A stretch of 63,995 nt of DNA, filler included, from Octopus bimaculoides (GCF_001194135.2; 6 parts of 5 records of this genome joined end to end with filler, not necessarily neighbours in it), one strand, 5' to 3'; positions 11,211 to 23,550 are shown, counted from the whole stretch's first letter. The notes: generated from the letters alone by a model not told the origin. A program made the numbers and translations.

Positions 11211-11832
11211 CGCACACACACGCATACACACACACACACACACACANNNNNNNNNNNNNNNNNNNNNNNNNNNNNNNNNNNNNNNNNNNNNNNNNNNNNN
11301 NNNNNNNNNNNNNNNNNNNNNNNNNNNNNNNNNNNNNNNNNNNNNNNNNNNNNNNNNNNNNNNNNNNNNNNNNNNNNNNNNNNNNNNNNNNNNNNNNNNN
11401 NNNNNNNNNNNNNNNNNNNNNNNNNNNNNNNNNNNNNNNNNNNNNNNNNNNNNNNNNNNNNNNNNNNNNNNNNNNNNNNNNNNNNNNNNNNNNNNNNNNN
11501 NNNNNNNNNNNNNNNNNNNNNNNNNNNNNNNNNNNNNNNNNNNNNNNNNNNNNNNNNNNNNNNNNNNNNNNNNNNNNNNNNNNNNNNTATATTTGTCTTT
11601 CGAGGTAGGTCAGTGTTGCTCTTTTTACATTTCTATACTACAAGGAGATAAAAAGTCGTGCATATTTTCTAAGAAGCATTCCAGGAAGAGATATTCTGCG
11701 TATTAAATTTCTACGTCTTTATCATTTGTTCAGAATTATATCTGACAATTTGAAGGTTTTTCAGTGACAATTATTTGAAAAAGATGTTTACGAAAAAGTA
11801 GAATCCTTGAATTGTATCATTGTTTTTTATTT

Positions 11833-12059
11833 AAGCGGTGAGCAGCACAGTCGTTACCGCGCCAGACAAAATGACTGTTGGCATCTCTTCCAACACTTTA
11901 CGTTTTGAGTTCAAATATTGCCGATGTCAATTTTGCTCTTCATCCTTTCGGGGTTCGATTAAATAAGTACCAGATGAGCGCTGGAGTCGATGTAATTGGC
12001 TATCTCTCACCCCGCCCAGTTCTGGCATTGTGTCAAGATTTGAAACGAATATTATTATT
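11833..12059 (+). mobile_element. SINE family B copy, near full length, with (ATT)n tail
   Basis: Degenerate head, TTTTGAGTTCAAAT B-box region, CATCCTTTCGGGGTTCGATTAAATAAGTACCAG, ATTATTATT tail. Confidence 0.8.
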
Positions 12060-12383
12060 TCTATTTGTTGTTTACAGACATTTATATCTTGGTATATATA
12101 GTACGAACTAAAATTTTCAGTTCCACTATTAATCTACATTGCGTATTGAGTACTTTATAACAAGTGGTGCCTATATTTCATATCACAGTTCCTTTCAGCA
12201 GAGCACTTTCAAGCAACGTTATTTTAGTGGAATTTTGTAGAAACACCACTGAAATTTGTCTATAGAAACTTTTGTATCATCATTTAAGAAGTTTTTTCTG
12301 AAATGTCTCTTTCAAGAGATTGGACATTTTTTAAAAAGGCAAACAAGGCGTGTTATGTGTCCTTTAGTAAGGATATTATACAC

Positions 12384-12528
12384 CAGTCGTGGGCAAGCTG
12401 TGGCGCGTGGGACTTTCTGAATGGCTCGCTCAACGATAAATTACTTTGGATATTTTAGTAGTGTGGCCCACTGATAATGAACCGTGTCGCATGCAACCCA
12501 CTCCTGGAAAAATGGTTGCCCATGCCTG
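12384..12528. mobile_element. hAT (Charlie-like) MITE, 145 bp
   Basis: TIRs CAGTCGTGGGCAAGC / GGTTGCCCATGCCTG; flanking 8-mers TTATACAC and ATGTACAC (6/8 match, central TA). Confidence 0.75.
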
Positions 12529-12677
12529 ATGTACACGAAGAATAGGCTCAAAATTTTAGATTTAAAACAAACAAGTGTCCCCACAGGACATACGGCCACA
12601 ACAATTCTAAGAAGCGTTGTTTAATATGAAGAACATCAAATCTAGAAAAGCAATGAATTAATATAGGAACTTCTTAA

Positions 12678-12785
12678 TTTTATCTGAAGGAATGAAAATA
12701 TCATTACAATCATGAAATGTTTTCAATTTAGTTAAAATCAAAATTGAAAAAGTTAATTGTGATATTTATATTCCTTCAGACAAAA
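12678..12785. repeat. Imperfect AT-rich palindrome of about 108 bp (fold-back/MITE-like)
   Basis: TTTTATCTGAAGGAATGAAAATATCA pairs with TGATATTTATATTCCTTCAGACAAAA; inner TTTTCAATTT pairs with AAATTGAAAA. Confidence 0.7.
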
Positions 12786-15410
12786 CTAAAGACCTTTAAT
12801 ACCATAGCTTCTTACGTAATGCAATTACCAACAAATAAATCAAAATATTTCTAACAATACAAAGTACCTATGCAAAAGCAAAAAATTCTGAATTTATAGA
12901 ACCCACACTTCACTTTTGAAGATCACATGCCGAATTCCACTAACAACCTTTCAGCAAGACTTAAAAATTCCACACAAGACGAAAAGTTTTTCTTTTTATT
13001 AAAAGTAACTTCCAGGAGATAATACAGCTAAGTTAACACACTTCAATGGTTTGGTCGACATGATACTCTATATTTCTCAGGCTATCCCCAGTTTGGAGAT
13101 TTTAAACCAAAATTACATTAGAGCAGGTACTGTAGAATGTATAGTATAATCCTTTTCCAAGATTTAATACAATATTACTATTACTATTCGATATTACTTT
13201 TTGGTGTACTTTACCGCATTTACTCTTTAAACTATACATTGCACCCATATTGATCTTCGTTCTGAGGATCATCGTAAAACCTCTTCCTAGCCCTTCCAAG
13301 TTCCTTGGTAACCGAATTGCTCACAAATTTCTTATCGTGACGTATGTCTAAATGTTATGGATATAGCCATTCTAATCAGATTTATTTCATTTCAATCGGC
13401 ATATGCCAATTTATGCAGAGGAGGAGTTGTAAGTAAACTAAGTTGAACTCAATATATTACTGGTTTCGTATTACATCGATTCTGAAGCGGATTTTTAGGT
13501 AGTGGATCCCAGTATTATAAATTCTGAGCACAGAATGACGAAATTTTGTGGGGCGGGGGAATGTTGGATCGGTACTCTCCGTTTCCACTGTCTAAACTGC
13601 ATCACAATGTATTAAGGTTTTCTCAGCGGCAGTATAAAACTGTTGAAGGCATTTAATAGCTGGTCACCAATTCATATTATCTTTACACAAAACGCATTGA
13701 TTCATTACAGCATACTGATGAAATATAAATTAATCGCAACGATGCAAGAAACTTGATTGTACTTTCTATGTCCATAATTTTAATGCAAATATACCGCACA
13801 ATATAATTCCTTTCAGTCAGTTCGTCGATGTTAATGACATCGTTCTCAATTCTTACGGACGCCTGTCGTGTAAAAGAGTCAGTCTTTTCTTCTACACATT
13901 ATCAATTTCCAAGTAAATTTTCAGATTCAAAGAAAAACAATTCTCCCAATAGCATTTTATTGTCGAGTTTAGTCGATTTAACCGAACATTATTTTACTTT
14001 CATTTGATTTTGTTGATCTCTGCTGACTTTAGTTATTTCGCTCCCTGAATCATAGAATGAAACATCATCAAATTTTCTTTCAAAATATCTTTTAAGCCTC
14101 GAAAATTTATTCGTAATCTAAGATTTCTCATACAGACAAAATACTGAAGTAACGCTAGTCTAGAGGGACGCTCTTCGTTCCAGAGGGGTATTTAAGTTTA
14201 AACAGAAAGTGGTAGTTCGGTTTTTGGCAGTTTATGTTGTAGCTCTTTTTACTATTTTGTTTACATGTGATTTTGCTTATGCTGTTATTTATAGTTTCCC
14301 TGCTATTTTTTGTTATGTAATCTCAATGAAACATATTACAAACACGCCAGATATGTATCCAGTAATTAAGACTGCTTTACTTCCGTCGTAATTTCGTCTC
14401 TTCTATATAAATACAAGAGTTAACAACTTTCTAAGAATTTTATTTTTTATCATTATAGAAAGAGAAATTGCGTTGGAATAGCAGAAACATGAGTAGACTG
14501 CACAAAGTATTTCGTAGTATTTATTTAATCCACTTTACAATGAGTTCGAAATCTGCTGGGAAACTCTTGTCTTTCGCCCCTCTCCGCAGACTTATTATTA
14601 TTATTATTATTATAATAAGCATTTATGTTGCTTTCTACGGCTGAAAAAGTGGGTAGCCGCAGAAACATATAGATTCACATGTTTTGATCATCGTGTACAA
14701 ATTATACACTGGGTGCCCCAATCTGTTGTTGCAGAATCATTGTGTCATTATTACACCTGACCAGTTACTAATTAACAAAATGATTCAGGAAAAAACAGTA
14801 TAAGTAGCAGTAACTTAATCGTAGTGTGACTGGACTACCAGAAGGTACTTGATAGTATATCACGTCGATGGATGGATTATCAAGGTGTCGCAGTTAGCCA
14901 ATTCAGTGTTGAACTCTAATGGCGTACTTACTAACACTTTCTATTCCATTATTTTCTCAGTAGAATAGAGACGGTGACTTAGTCGTAGATGTACAATGAA
15001 ATAAATACTTTACTACTTCATAGTATATTTCAAAACGGAACAATTGAATATAACTATACGTTCATGACTCTACTTGAGAGCATTGTTTTCGTTTCGAAGA
15101 CTTTGTAAACAATCACACGCATGAGTGCGCTTACAAGTGGGCATACATATATATTATGCGCACGCACACACTCACACTTACACGCACGCGCACATACTTG
15201 TATAGAATACAGACATCAAGTCAGTCTATTTATTTATTTATTCATCCTCAACTCGATGATATTTATGTGATGAACGCACACGGCTTTATGACATCATCAG
15301 CAAGGCGATCTCCCCGCCAACGACATCAGTTTGTATATCCACGCGATAACTTAACATCACATTCCTGTTATTTTTTTTCTTCTCCATAGACCGGTCAGTA
15401 TCCTGTTATA

Positions 15411-15456
<46 letters not shown>

Positions 15457-15981
15457 NNNNNNNNNNNNNNNNNNNNNNNNNNNNNNNNNNNNNNNNNNNN
15501 NNNNNNNNNNNNNNNNNNNNNNNNNNNNNNNNNNNNNNNNNNNNNNNNNNNNNNNNNNNNNNNNNNNNNNNNNNNNNNNNNNNNNNNNNNNNNNNNNNNN
15601 NNNNNNNNNNNNNNNNNNNNNNNNNNNNNNNNNNNNNNNNNNNNNNNNNNNNNNNNNNNNNNNNNNNNNNNNNNNNNNNNNNNNNNNNNNNNNNNNNNNN
15701 NNNNNNNNNNNNNNNNNNNNNNNNNNNNNNNNNNNNNNNNNNNNNNNNNNNNNNNNNNNNNNNNNNNNNNNNNNNNNNNNNNNNNNNNNNNNNNNNNNNN
15801 NNNNNNNNNNNNNNNNNNNNNNNNNNNNNNNNNNNNNNNNNNNNNNNNNNNNNNNNNNNNNNNNNNNNNNNNNNNNNNNNNNNNNNNNNNNNNNNNNNNN
15901 NNNNNNNNNNNNNNNNNNNNNNNNNNNNNNNNNNNNNNNNNNNNNNNNNNNNNNNNNNNNNNNNNNNNNNNNNNNNNNNNN

Positions 15982-16035
<54 letters not shown>

Positions 16036-16339
16036 CAGCGCATACACAGCGAGTTGATCGTTAGTGTAACCGTGATGTTCTGGTGATCTCATGAGTAGCG
16101 TTCTTTATTTCCACTGATTTGTGAAAATACAATTTTTATCGTATAATGTGAAACATACATGATAATGCCAACATGCAAGCACAATTTCTTCCACAATGAA
16201 ATCAATACTACATGAAGAAGGTTACAAAACACCCGTAATCCCAAGGATCTCATGTGGTTAAATAAATATATACTCACTGCTCATACCTCCTGACTTTCAT
16301 GGTTTACACAAACACAAAAATGAATATATATATATACAT

Positions 16340-18250
16340 AGCAAAAATATGAGTTAGAGGTTATGCAACCGTCTAAGGGATAAATGTATCCGTAGGCACT
16401 ACTGGTGTATTACCTGACTATGTATAGGTCTTATTATAAGATTAACAGTAGTTGGTAATTTAAATGGTAAACTGTGGTTTAATATAAGAAAAGAAATGGA
16501 GCAACAATTAACAATTAGAAGTTGATCATTGGTATTAAATGGTCATAGTTTAATTACAGCTGTTTCAGTTTGTTATTTTTTAGGTAAATTTGCATTTATC
16601 TCGTTTCTTCTACTGACAGAAGAAAAAGGAAATAAGTTCGTTAAGTCTTTACGTTTACATTTTTGTGTCCTTTAAAGGTTGTACGTGTGTGTACATTTCT
16701 TCAATTAGATGACTGGAGTAGTAAGTGGGGAAAATGACTAGTTGACCGACGGTGTTAGTTGAAAGAGTAATAACTGGTAGTAATATCTGGTGTCATTAAT
16801 TGTAATAAGTAACGCTATTTGAGTCCGCTAGATAAGTCCCTATGATTACAAATAATGCCCTTGCTAAAAATTCAGGATGCTCTTAAAAGTTTAAGTGCGA
16901 TAAACGGTATAAATCTGGGTTACATAAAAAGGTATAACGAATAAATGAAATGTTGTTATGTGCGGTGCGGGCTATCTACTCGTTAATATTATTAAAATCA
17001 ACCAACTCGGCTAGAATAGACTAAATTGCTCATTTAATCGTACTTATGTTATTGACAGCCCAAGAATTTGCATGTTAGTCAGTGATCTAACTTTAATGTG
17101 AATATATTAAAGAGAATTATAGCTCCAGGTGTACATCGTGCATTTAAAATAAATAATTCAGTTAGTCGGAGTAATTTTATATAATTATGATTTATGATAT
17201 TAAATCATGCTTTGTGGTAAAGGAAAAGGGGTCAAGGGGAGGTAATCAGATGTTAGACAGGTTAGCTAATAACCTGTAATGTAGGTATTAGCGGTATTGT
17301 ATGTTTTTCTCGTCTCGTTTATTAAGTAATTCTGATTTGGCCATTAAAATGAATTTCTCATTAATGCATAAAGTACAGCGATTATTTTTAAGGTTATATA
17401 AAGATGTTTGGCTAGGATGCGCCACTCTAATTTATAATTAACGTTATCGTTAAGTTCCCAGATGTAACTGCTTAATCCGGTAGAGTTAGCCTTATTTCTT
17501 TTCTGAAACTTGAGAGATGGGAATTATATCTAAGTTTCATTTCATTTTTAGTTGCTCCTATATAAGTATTCTTGTAATTATTGGAGAATACATCACGTTG
17601 GTAGATTACATTCTTAGTTTTACATTTATTCAAGAATTCACAAGTATTTTTATCTCTGCAACCACATAGATTAGTAAGATTTGCTGTGCCTATGATATGG
17701 TGAGGGAGATTATCATTTATAAGGTGGTTGTCCGTATTTTTAGAGGGTGATTTACTTGGGGGATCGCTTATTATATCAATCGATTGGTTATTGTGATTTT
17801 TATTGCTATTCTTCCTAGTTTCGTAGACGGAGTCTAGCCTTTTATTGTTAATAGAGGCTATAATAGTACCTAGGTTGCTAGTTAGGTTATGGCCTATTCT
17901 AATTTTATTGCTAAAGATTTCTGAGTATTTCGTATTCATATTGAAGTGCTTATTTATAAGTTTCATTATAGATTTGACTATATTAGTTTTTAGTTGTATT
18001 GCGAAGGAAATTATTAGCCAAATGTTATCCTTATTCCGCTTGTTATTCTTAATATTTTTGTTCTTGGTGTAAAAATTTCCCTCAGTGTTGTTGTAGATCG
18101 TAAATTTATGGTTATAATTATTCTTCTTCTTTCTATTGTTATTTTTATTGCTATTGCTTTCAGCTTTGGTAGGGTTGTTCGTATTCGATTTATTTATTTT
18201 ATTTACCTTGGTATTATAATTGCTAACAGGGATTTTATTGGTTCTTTTAG
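16340..18250 (-). mobile_element. 5'-truncated, frameshifted Penelope-like element (GIY-YIG endonuclease region plus AT-rich 3' region)
   Basis: Minus-strand translations: DNIWLIISF..KTNIVKSIMKLINKHF, CGCRDKNTCEFLNKCKTKNVIY..V..TYIGATKNEMKLRYNSHLSSF, SSYIWEL..LEWRIL, RCTLCINEKF..LLNKRDE. These are typical of the PLE linker and GIY-YIG domain. The coding part is about 17290-18250; the 3' boundary is approximate. Confidence 0.88.
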
Positions 18251-18252
18251 GT

Positions 18253-18254
<2 letters not shown>

Positions 18255-18344
<90 letters not shown>
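18255..18344. repeat. (ATT)30 microsatellite
   Basis: Direct inspection. Confidence 0.95.
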
Positions 18345-18581
18345 GTTCAGTAGTTTTATTTTTATAACGTGCTTTCACTTCACTACCGAGCGCAGCTCTG
18401 TGCGCCTTGGGTATGTGCTGTGGTTTGCTGTGGTGCTCTTATGTTTACTGTATTGAAAGTGTTTTGCGTAGAATGTGTGCAGTACCCAGTAGTGCAATTT
18501 TCTGTATGTTATATATATTTGTAAGTCCTGGTGTTTTTGTTATGTATTTGTCTGAATATTTTTTATTATACCTAAGGCACC
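18345..18581 (-). mobile_element. 3' end of an R4/Dong-clade non-LTR retrotransposon
   Basis: With one frameshift in an A-run the minus strand reads GALGIIKKYSDKYITKTPGLTNIYNIQKIALLGTAHILRKTLSIQ* (stop 18445-18447), matching the recalled R4/Dong C-terminal GALG...QK..LLGTA.ILR motif. A short 3' UTR runs straight into (AAT)n. Confidence 0.85.
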
Positions 18582-18681
18582 NNNNNNNNNNNNNNNNNNN
18601 NNNNNNNNNNNNNNNNNNNNNNNNNTTAATTAATTAANNNNNNNNNNNNNNNNNNNNNNNNNNNNNNNNNNNNNNNNNNNN
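18582..18681. other. Artificial 100-nt scaffold spacer N44-TTAATTAATTAA-N44
   Basis: Counted 44 N + 12 nt + 44 N; identical at five loci; gives a stop codon in all six frames. Confidence 0.95.
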
Positions 18682-20184
18682 TGAGATTGTGGTCCCCATT
18701 ACGGGGATGAAAGTTTATATTAATAGTTATGATAGCAGTTGGTACTAAACGTAGTAAACCTCCGGGTAGTGACCAAGATACTGTATTAGTTTCAGTTATT
18801 TTTTGATTAACAAGTTGCTGAATCCCTGTGGGTAATGGGTAATGGGGAGAGGGTTATGGTCAGTCCCGTAACCTAATTGGTCAGCTATTTTTTCGAAAGG
18901 CCATGACGCTGTTATGGTTGGTTAGTGTTTAATAGATAACATAAAAACAAACTAGATGAAATATATAAATGCATAAAAACATAAAAACAAATAAGCCATG
19001 ATTAAGTATGGGCAGGTGGGAGAGTAAACATTAATATTGAGTCTTGATTCGATTAAATTAAATTAAATTAAATTAGATTAAATTAAGTATTATATAAGTA
19101 AAATGTGGATGAATGGATGGGTTAGTGAGTATGATAGGTTAGACTAAGGGGATGCAGTTTTTCTAGACTGCTAAGGAAAAAAGTCATTACAAAGGTATAA
19201 AACTGCATACAATAAATGTAATACATGTATCTGTCTAATTAAGGGAATCAATTGTATATTTTAGCAAAATATAGGGGCAATACAGGAAGAAATTATATGT
19301 GGGAAGTTCTAAGGACCAGTTCCTAACAAGGTACAATAGACCAAAAGGACCGGATACGTTATTTTTCTAAGTTGTCGTTATTCATCGCTAAAACTATGTT
19401 TAAAATATATTATTTCAGACACAATACATTAAATGCAAGTCGCTATGAAATACTGTTGAGTTGTTCAATTAATCAACTAATCAGTCATTCAACACTTGTG
19501 TATTAATAATTGGGCATTCTACCAGCAGTATATTGGATAGATACTATCACTTAGGTGGTTGGATTCACAACCTTTAACTCTCTTTGAATATATANNNNNN
19601 NNNNNNNNNNNNNNNNNNNNNNNNNNNNNNNNNNNNNNNNNNNNNNNNNNNNNNNNNNNNNNNNNNNNNNNNNNNNNNNNNNNNNNNNNNNNNNNNNNNN
19701 NNNNNNNNNNNNNNNNNNNNNNNNNNNNNNNNNNNNNNNNNNNNNNNNNNNNNNNNNNNNNNNNNNNNNNNNNNNNNNNNNNNNNNNNNNNNNNNNNNNN
19801 NNNNNNNNNNNNNNNNNNNNNNNNNNNNNNNNNNNNNNNNNNNNNNNNNNNNNNNNNNNNNNNNNNNNNNNNNNNNNNNNNNNNNNNNNNNNNNNNNNNN
19901 NNNNNNNNNNNNNNNNNNNNNNNNNNNNNNNNNNNNNNNNNNNNNNNNNNNNNNNNNNNNNNNNNNNNNNNNNNNNNNNNNNNNNNNNNNNNNNNNNNNN
20001 NNNNNNNNNNNNNNNNNNNNNNNNNNNNNNNNNNNNNNNNNNNNNNNNNNNNNNNNNNNNNNNNNNNNNNNNNNNNNNNNNNNNNNNNNNNNNNNNNNNN
20101 NNNNNNNNNNNNNNNNNNNNNNNNNNNNNNNNNNNNNNNNNNNNNNNNNNNNNNNNNNNNNNNNTATATATATATATATATATA

Positions 20185-20386
20185 TGTTTGTTCCACCGCC
20201 GTCGCTTGACAACTGAAGCTGGTGTCCCCGTAACTCAGCGGTTCGACAAAAGAGACTGATAGAATAAGTACTAGGGTTGCAAAGAATAAGTTCTGGGGTC
20301 GATTTCCTCGACTAACACCTTTTAAGGCGGTACTCCAGCATGGCCGCAGTCAAATAACTGAAACAAGTAAAAGAATAAAAGAATAA
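20185..20386 (+). mobile_element. SINE family A, 3' half (follows a gap and TA repeat)
   Basis: GTTTGTTCC..CGCTTGACAAC..CCGTAACTCAGCGGTTCG..CCAGCATGGCCGCAGTC..ACTGAAACAAGTAAAAGAATAAAAGAAT. Confidence 0.85.
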
Positions 20387-20728
20387 CACACAAACACACA
20401 CACACACATGCACACATACACACACACACATACAAACACACACACACATATTGTATATACGTAGGCACTCTGAATCGACTGAATGGAATCCCCTGGTAAA
20501 CGTAGATTGAGCTTTTTTATGTTTTTGCACGTAGAAACCGAAATGCCGACATGCTGTCATGTATATTTTCCATAATTTCCATAATCATTTATATAATAAA
20601 CAAAAATTCCCTAGGTTCAAAGGTTTATATGAATTAGACAAACATTTGCTTGCATGTATGAACAGCTCTGTGCATGCTCACACACACACACGAGCGGACG
20701 TGTACAAGTGTGACTTTGTATGTGTGTG

Positions 20729-20799
<71 letters not shown>

Positions 20800-20837
20800 A
20801 TGTATGTATGTATGTGTGTGTACGTGTATGTGTAAGT

Positions 20838-20915
20838 GCAGGCGTGACTGTGTGGTCAGAAGTCTGCTTTCCAACCATATGGTTCCGCGTTCAGTCCCAC
20901 TGCGTAGTACCTAGA
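20838..20915 (+). mobile_element. SINE family A head fragment
   Basis: GCAGGCGTGACTGTGTGGTCAGAAG..CCAACCATATGGTTCCGCGTTCAGTCCCACTGCGT. Confidence 0.7.
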
Positions 20916-21502
20916 GAAAGTAGCTGCTACTGTAGACAGTAACTTCTGGTATTATATTTATTCTTTAGGCGCAAGCGCTTCGACATTACGTGGTTGATGT
21001 ATTTTTCTCATGACTATAAGTATGGGTAAAAGGATATATTGTCTGTAATATTTTAATTATATTACATGTGACCTATGTACACCTCCACAGAAATGATAAA
21101 ATAACAATACACACACGCACATATACGTATATACGAATATAGTTATTACTTTTCATCGCCACAGAAAGTGACCGTTTTCCTTGTTTTCCTGTTCCTGGTT
21201 TAAAATATAAATGCAAAATATACTGTTTCACAACCTCACTAACATTTTGTAGTGCCAGCAACTGTTATGTATATATTGTGGTTAAACACGAAACTATCTT
21301 TCGTTCAACAATGGCAGAAGCGGTAAATAGTCATTGAAGCATTAATATGTTCAGCAAAATAACTTGTGGTAAATATTCCATTTTTACATTGTGTGGTATG
21401 TTTGCGGTCTAATCTTTCCATCGAAAACATGTCCAGTAATTGTGAGTACGTTCATTGATTAAATATCACACTTTGACGAAATATAATTGTACTGGTTAGT
21501 TT

Positions 21503-21563
<61 letters not shown>

Positions 21564-21621
21564 GCACTCAAACGCACGTATACACACACATGTATGTATG
21601 TATATATGTATATATACATGT

Positions 21622-21741
21622 AAGGAGAGCTGGCAGAATCGTTAGACGTCCAGCCAAATGCTTAACGGTATTTCGTCCGTCTTTGTTTTGAGTTCAAATT
21701 CCACCGAGGTTGACATTCATCTTTCAGGGTTGATAAAATAG
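21622..21741 (+). mobile_element. SINE family B 5' fragment
   Basis: GAGCTGGCAGAATCGTTAG..TTTGAGTTCAAATTCCACCGAGGT..CATCTTTCAGGGTTGATAAAA. Confidence 0.75.
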
Positions 21742-22773
21742 TTTAATATTTATACATAGTTTAATATTTATACATAATGTACAATATGTATAAATATTAA
21801 ACTATTTCTGAATAATTTCTTTTCCTCCCTCTATTGCGGTAAAAGTTTGGTATATGCTCAAAAGTATCCATAAATTTCTATCCTTTTGTTAATATATTCT
21901 TATTAATAATCCTATGAATAGCCATAAACTTTATCTGTATACAATATAGCAACATTGTTTTAAAACATTTAACTATAGTACTACATGATAAGACTTCTCT
22001 TGTTTCATTATCAATGGTCTGCTAGTGGGCGACCCCCTTAGTTGTCAGCCAGCATCTTGTTTTAAGTTTTCCTTTACCAAACCTCATGATATTTATAACT
22101 ATACCAACTATGATTTCTGTCTGCTCTCTCAGCCCTATCCCTAACAGATGATGCCCTTTATTCTCTCATCCTTAGATATACAAGGTTTGATAAACTAGTC
22201 TATAAATTAAAACTGATCCCATAAAAACAAATAAAATCAGTGACAGGCAGAGTCTTCTTGACAATTTATTAACTTCTATGTTGTAGTAAAAGCAACATGT
22301 TCTTTGTCTATCTCCTTAACTTCTTGGAGATTTTAGGTATAATTATACTAATGTGTCCATCTGTTCTAATTTAATTAAATTCTATGTCTTTGTGCAACTG
22401 AGGATNNNNNNNNNNNNNNNNNNNNNNNNNNNNNNNNNNNNNNNNNNNNNNNNNNNNNNNNNNNNNNNNNNNNNNNNNNNNNNNNNNNNNNNNNNNNNNN
22501 NNNNNNNNNNNNNNNNNNNNNNNNNNNNNNNNNNNNNNNNNNNNNNNNNNNNNNNNNNNNNNNNNNNNNNNNNNNNNNNNNNNNNNNNNNNNNNNNNNNN
22601 NNNNNNNNNNNNNNNNNNNNNTATATATATATAAGGTTTTTAACTTTTAAATTTTCATATTCAAAAGAGACAGAGACTTCAAATTCGATATATCGATTTA
22701 TCCTCTGGAAAATATATATATATGTGTGTGTGTGTGTGTATGTGTGTGTGTGTATGTGTGTGTGTGTGTATGT

Positions 22774-23162
22774 AGTTAGTTTAGTCAGTCCACATTACTC
22801 CGTAACTATTCCATGCCAGTGGACGTGATCCTGGGCCACCCCCTGGATTTCAGACCAAGAGAGACCAATTGCTTTCGCTCCATCTTCCAGTTATTCTTTC
22901 CAGGTCTTCTTAGGTCGCCTAACTTTCCTCTTTTCTTCAGGTTACCTGTCTAACATCTGTCTTGGAATGTTGCTTGGAGGTTTCCTTAGAGTGTGACCGA
23001 TCCAGTCCCATTCCTTTTCAGAATTTCCTGATTGATGAGAATTTGGTACGTTCTATCCCGCAGACTTCTGTTTGAAATTTTATCTAGCCACCAGATCTTG
23101 AGGATGTAACACAGACATTTGTTGATGAAAGTCTGTAGCTTACTCTCTATGACTTTGGTGAC
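22774..23162 (-). mobile_element. 5'-truncated RTE LINE (ORF2 C-terminus and tail)
   Basis: KLQTFINKCL..ILKIWWLDKISN..L..RT.Q..I.QEI.KR..W.GHTLRKPPSNIPRQ..RPKKTW..AQD..HW; classic RTE C-terminus carrying stops and frameshifts. Confidence 0.9.
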
Positions 23163-23419
23163 ACACTCTCTCTCTTTCTCACATGTCAGAGTCACTCGCC
23201 CCTATTCACACGTACACACGTACACTCTCACGCACACCATTTTCGCATATGCACACATGCACGCGCACCCTCTGTTGTTCGGATTACTAGCAGCATTATT
23301 ATCGCTTTTTCATTCAACCTGTTTTCTTATTATCTCCCTTCCTTTCAACCTCTTTTTCCCCCCAATCATTCGCCATGCTGGACCACTGAACTCTACACAT
23401 TAAAAAAAAAAATTCTCTC

Positions 23420-23550
23420 TCTGTTTATTTCGTCTTATTCCTTTCTGTTGAAGAGCGTAGGCTCGAAACGTAAAAGACATTTTCATTTTTCCCGAGCGTC
23501 AAACTAATACACTTACTTGTTGTTCATACACCTCTCTTCGTCCTTTGTTT
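23420..23550 (+). mobile_element. Penelope-type terminal repeat fragment with a degenerate hammerhead-like motif
   Basis: TTGAAGAGC-GTAG-GCTC-GAAACGTA at 23448-23472; shares downstream TTTCCCGAGCGTC with the 48 kb copy. Confidence 0.35.

Noticed and set aside
18626-18637. TTAATTAATTAA as a biological motif (homeodomain or PacI site)
   Set aside because: Always centred in exactly 44+44 Ns; a synthetic linker
21739-21804. 20-bp inverted repeat with an adjacent direct duplication
   Set aside because: Very AT-rich and short; consistent with a local replication-slippage or template-switch event
21810-22400. Possible old LINE ORF2 remnant
   Set aside because: No frame gave a recognisable motif by eye
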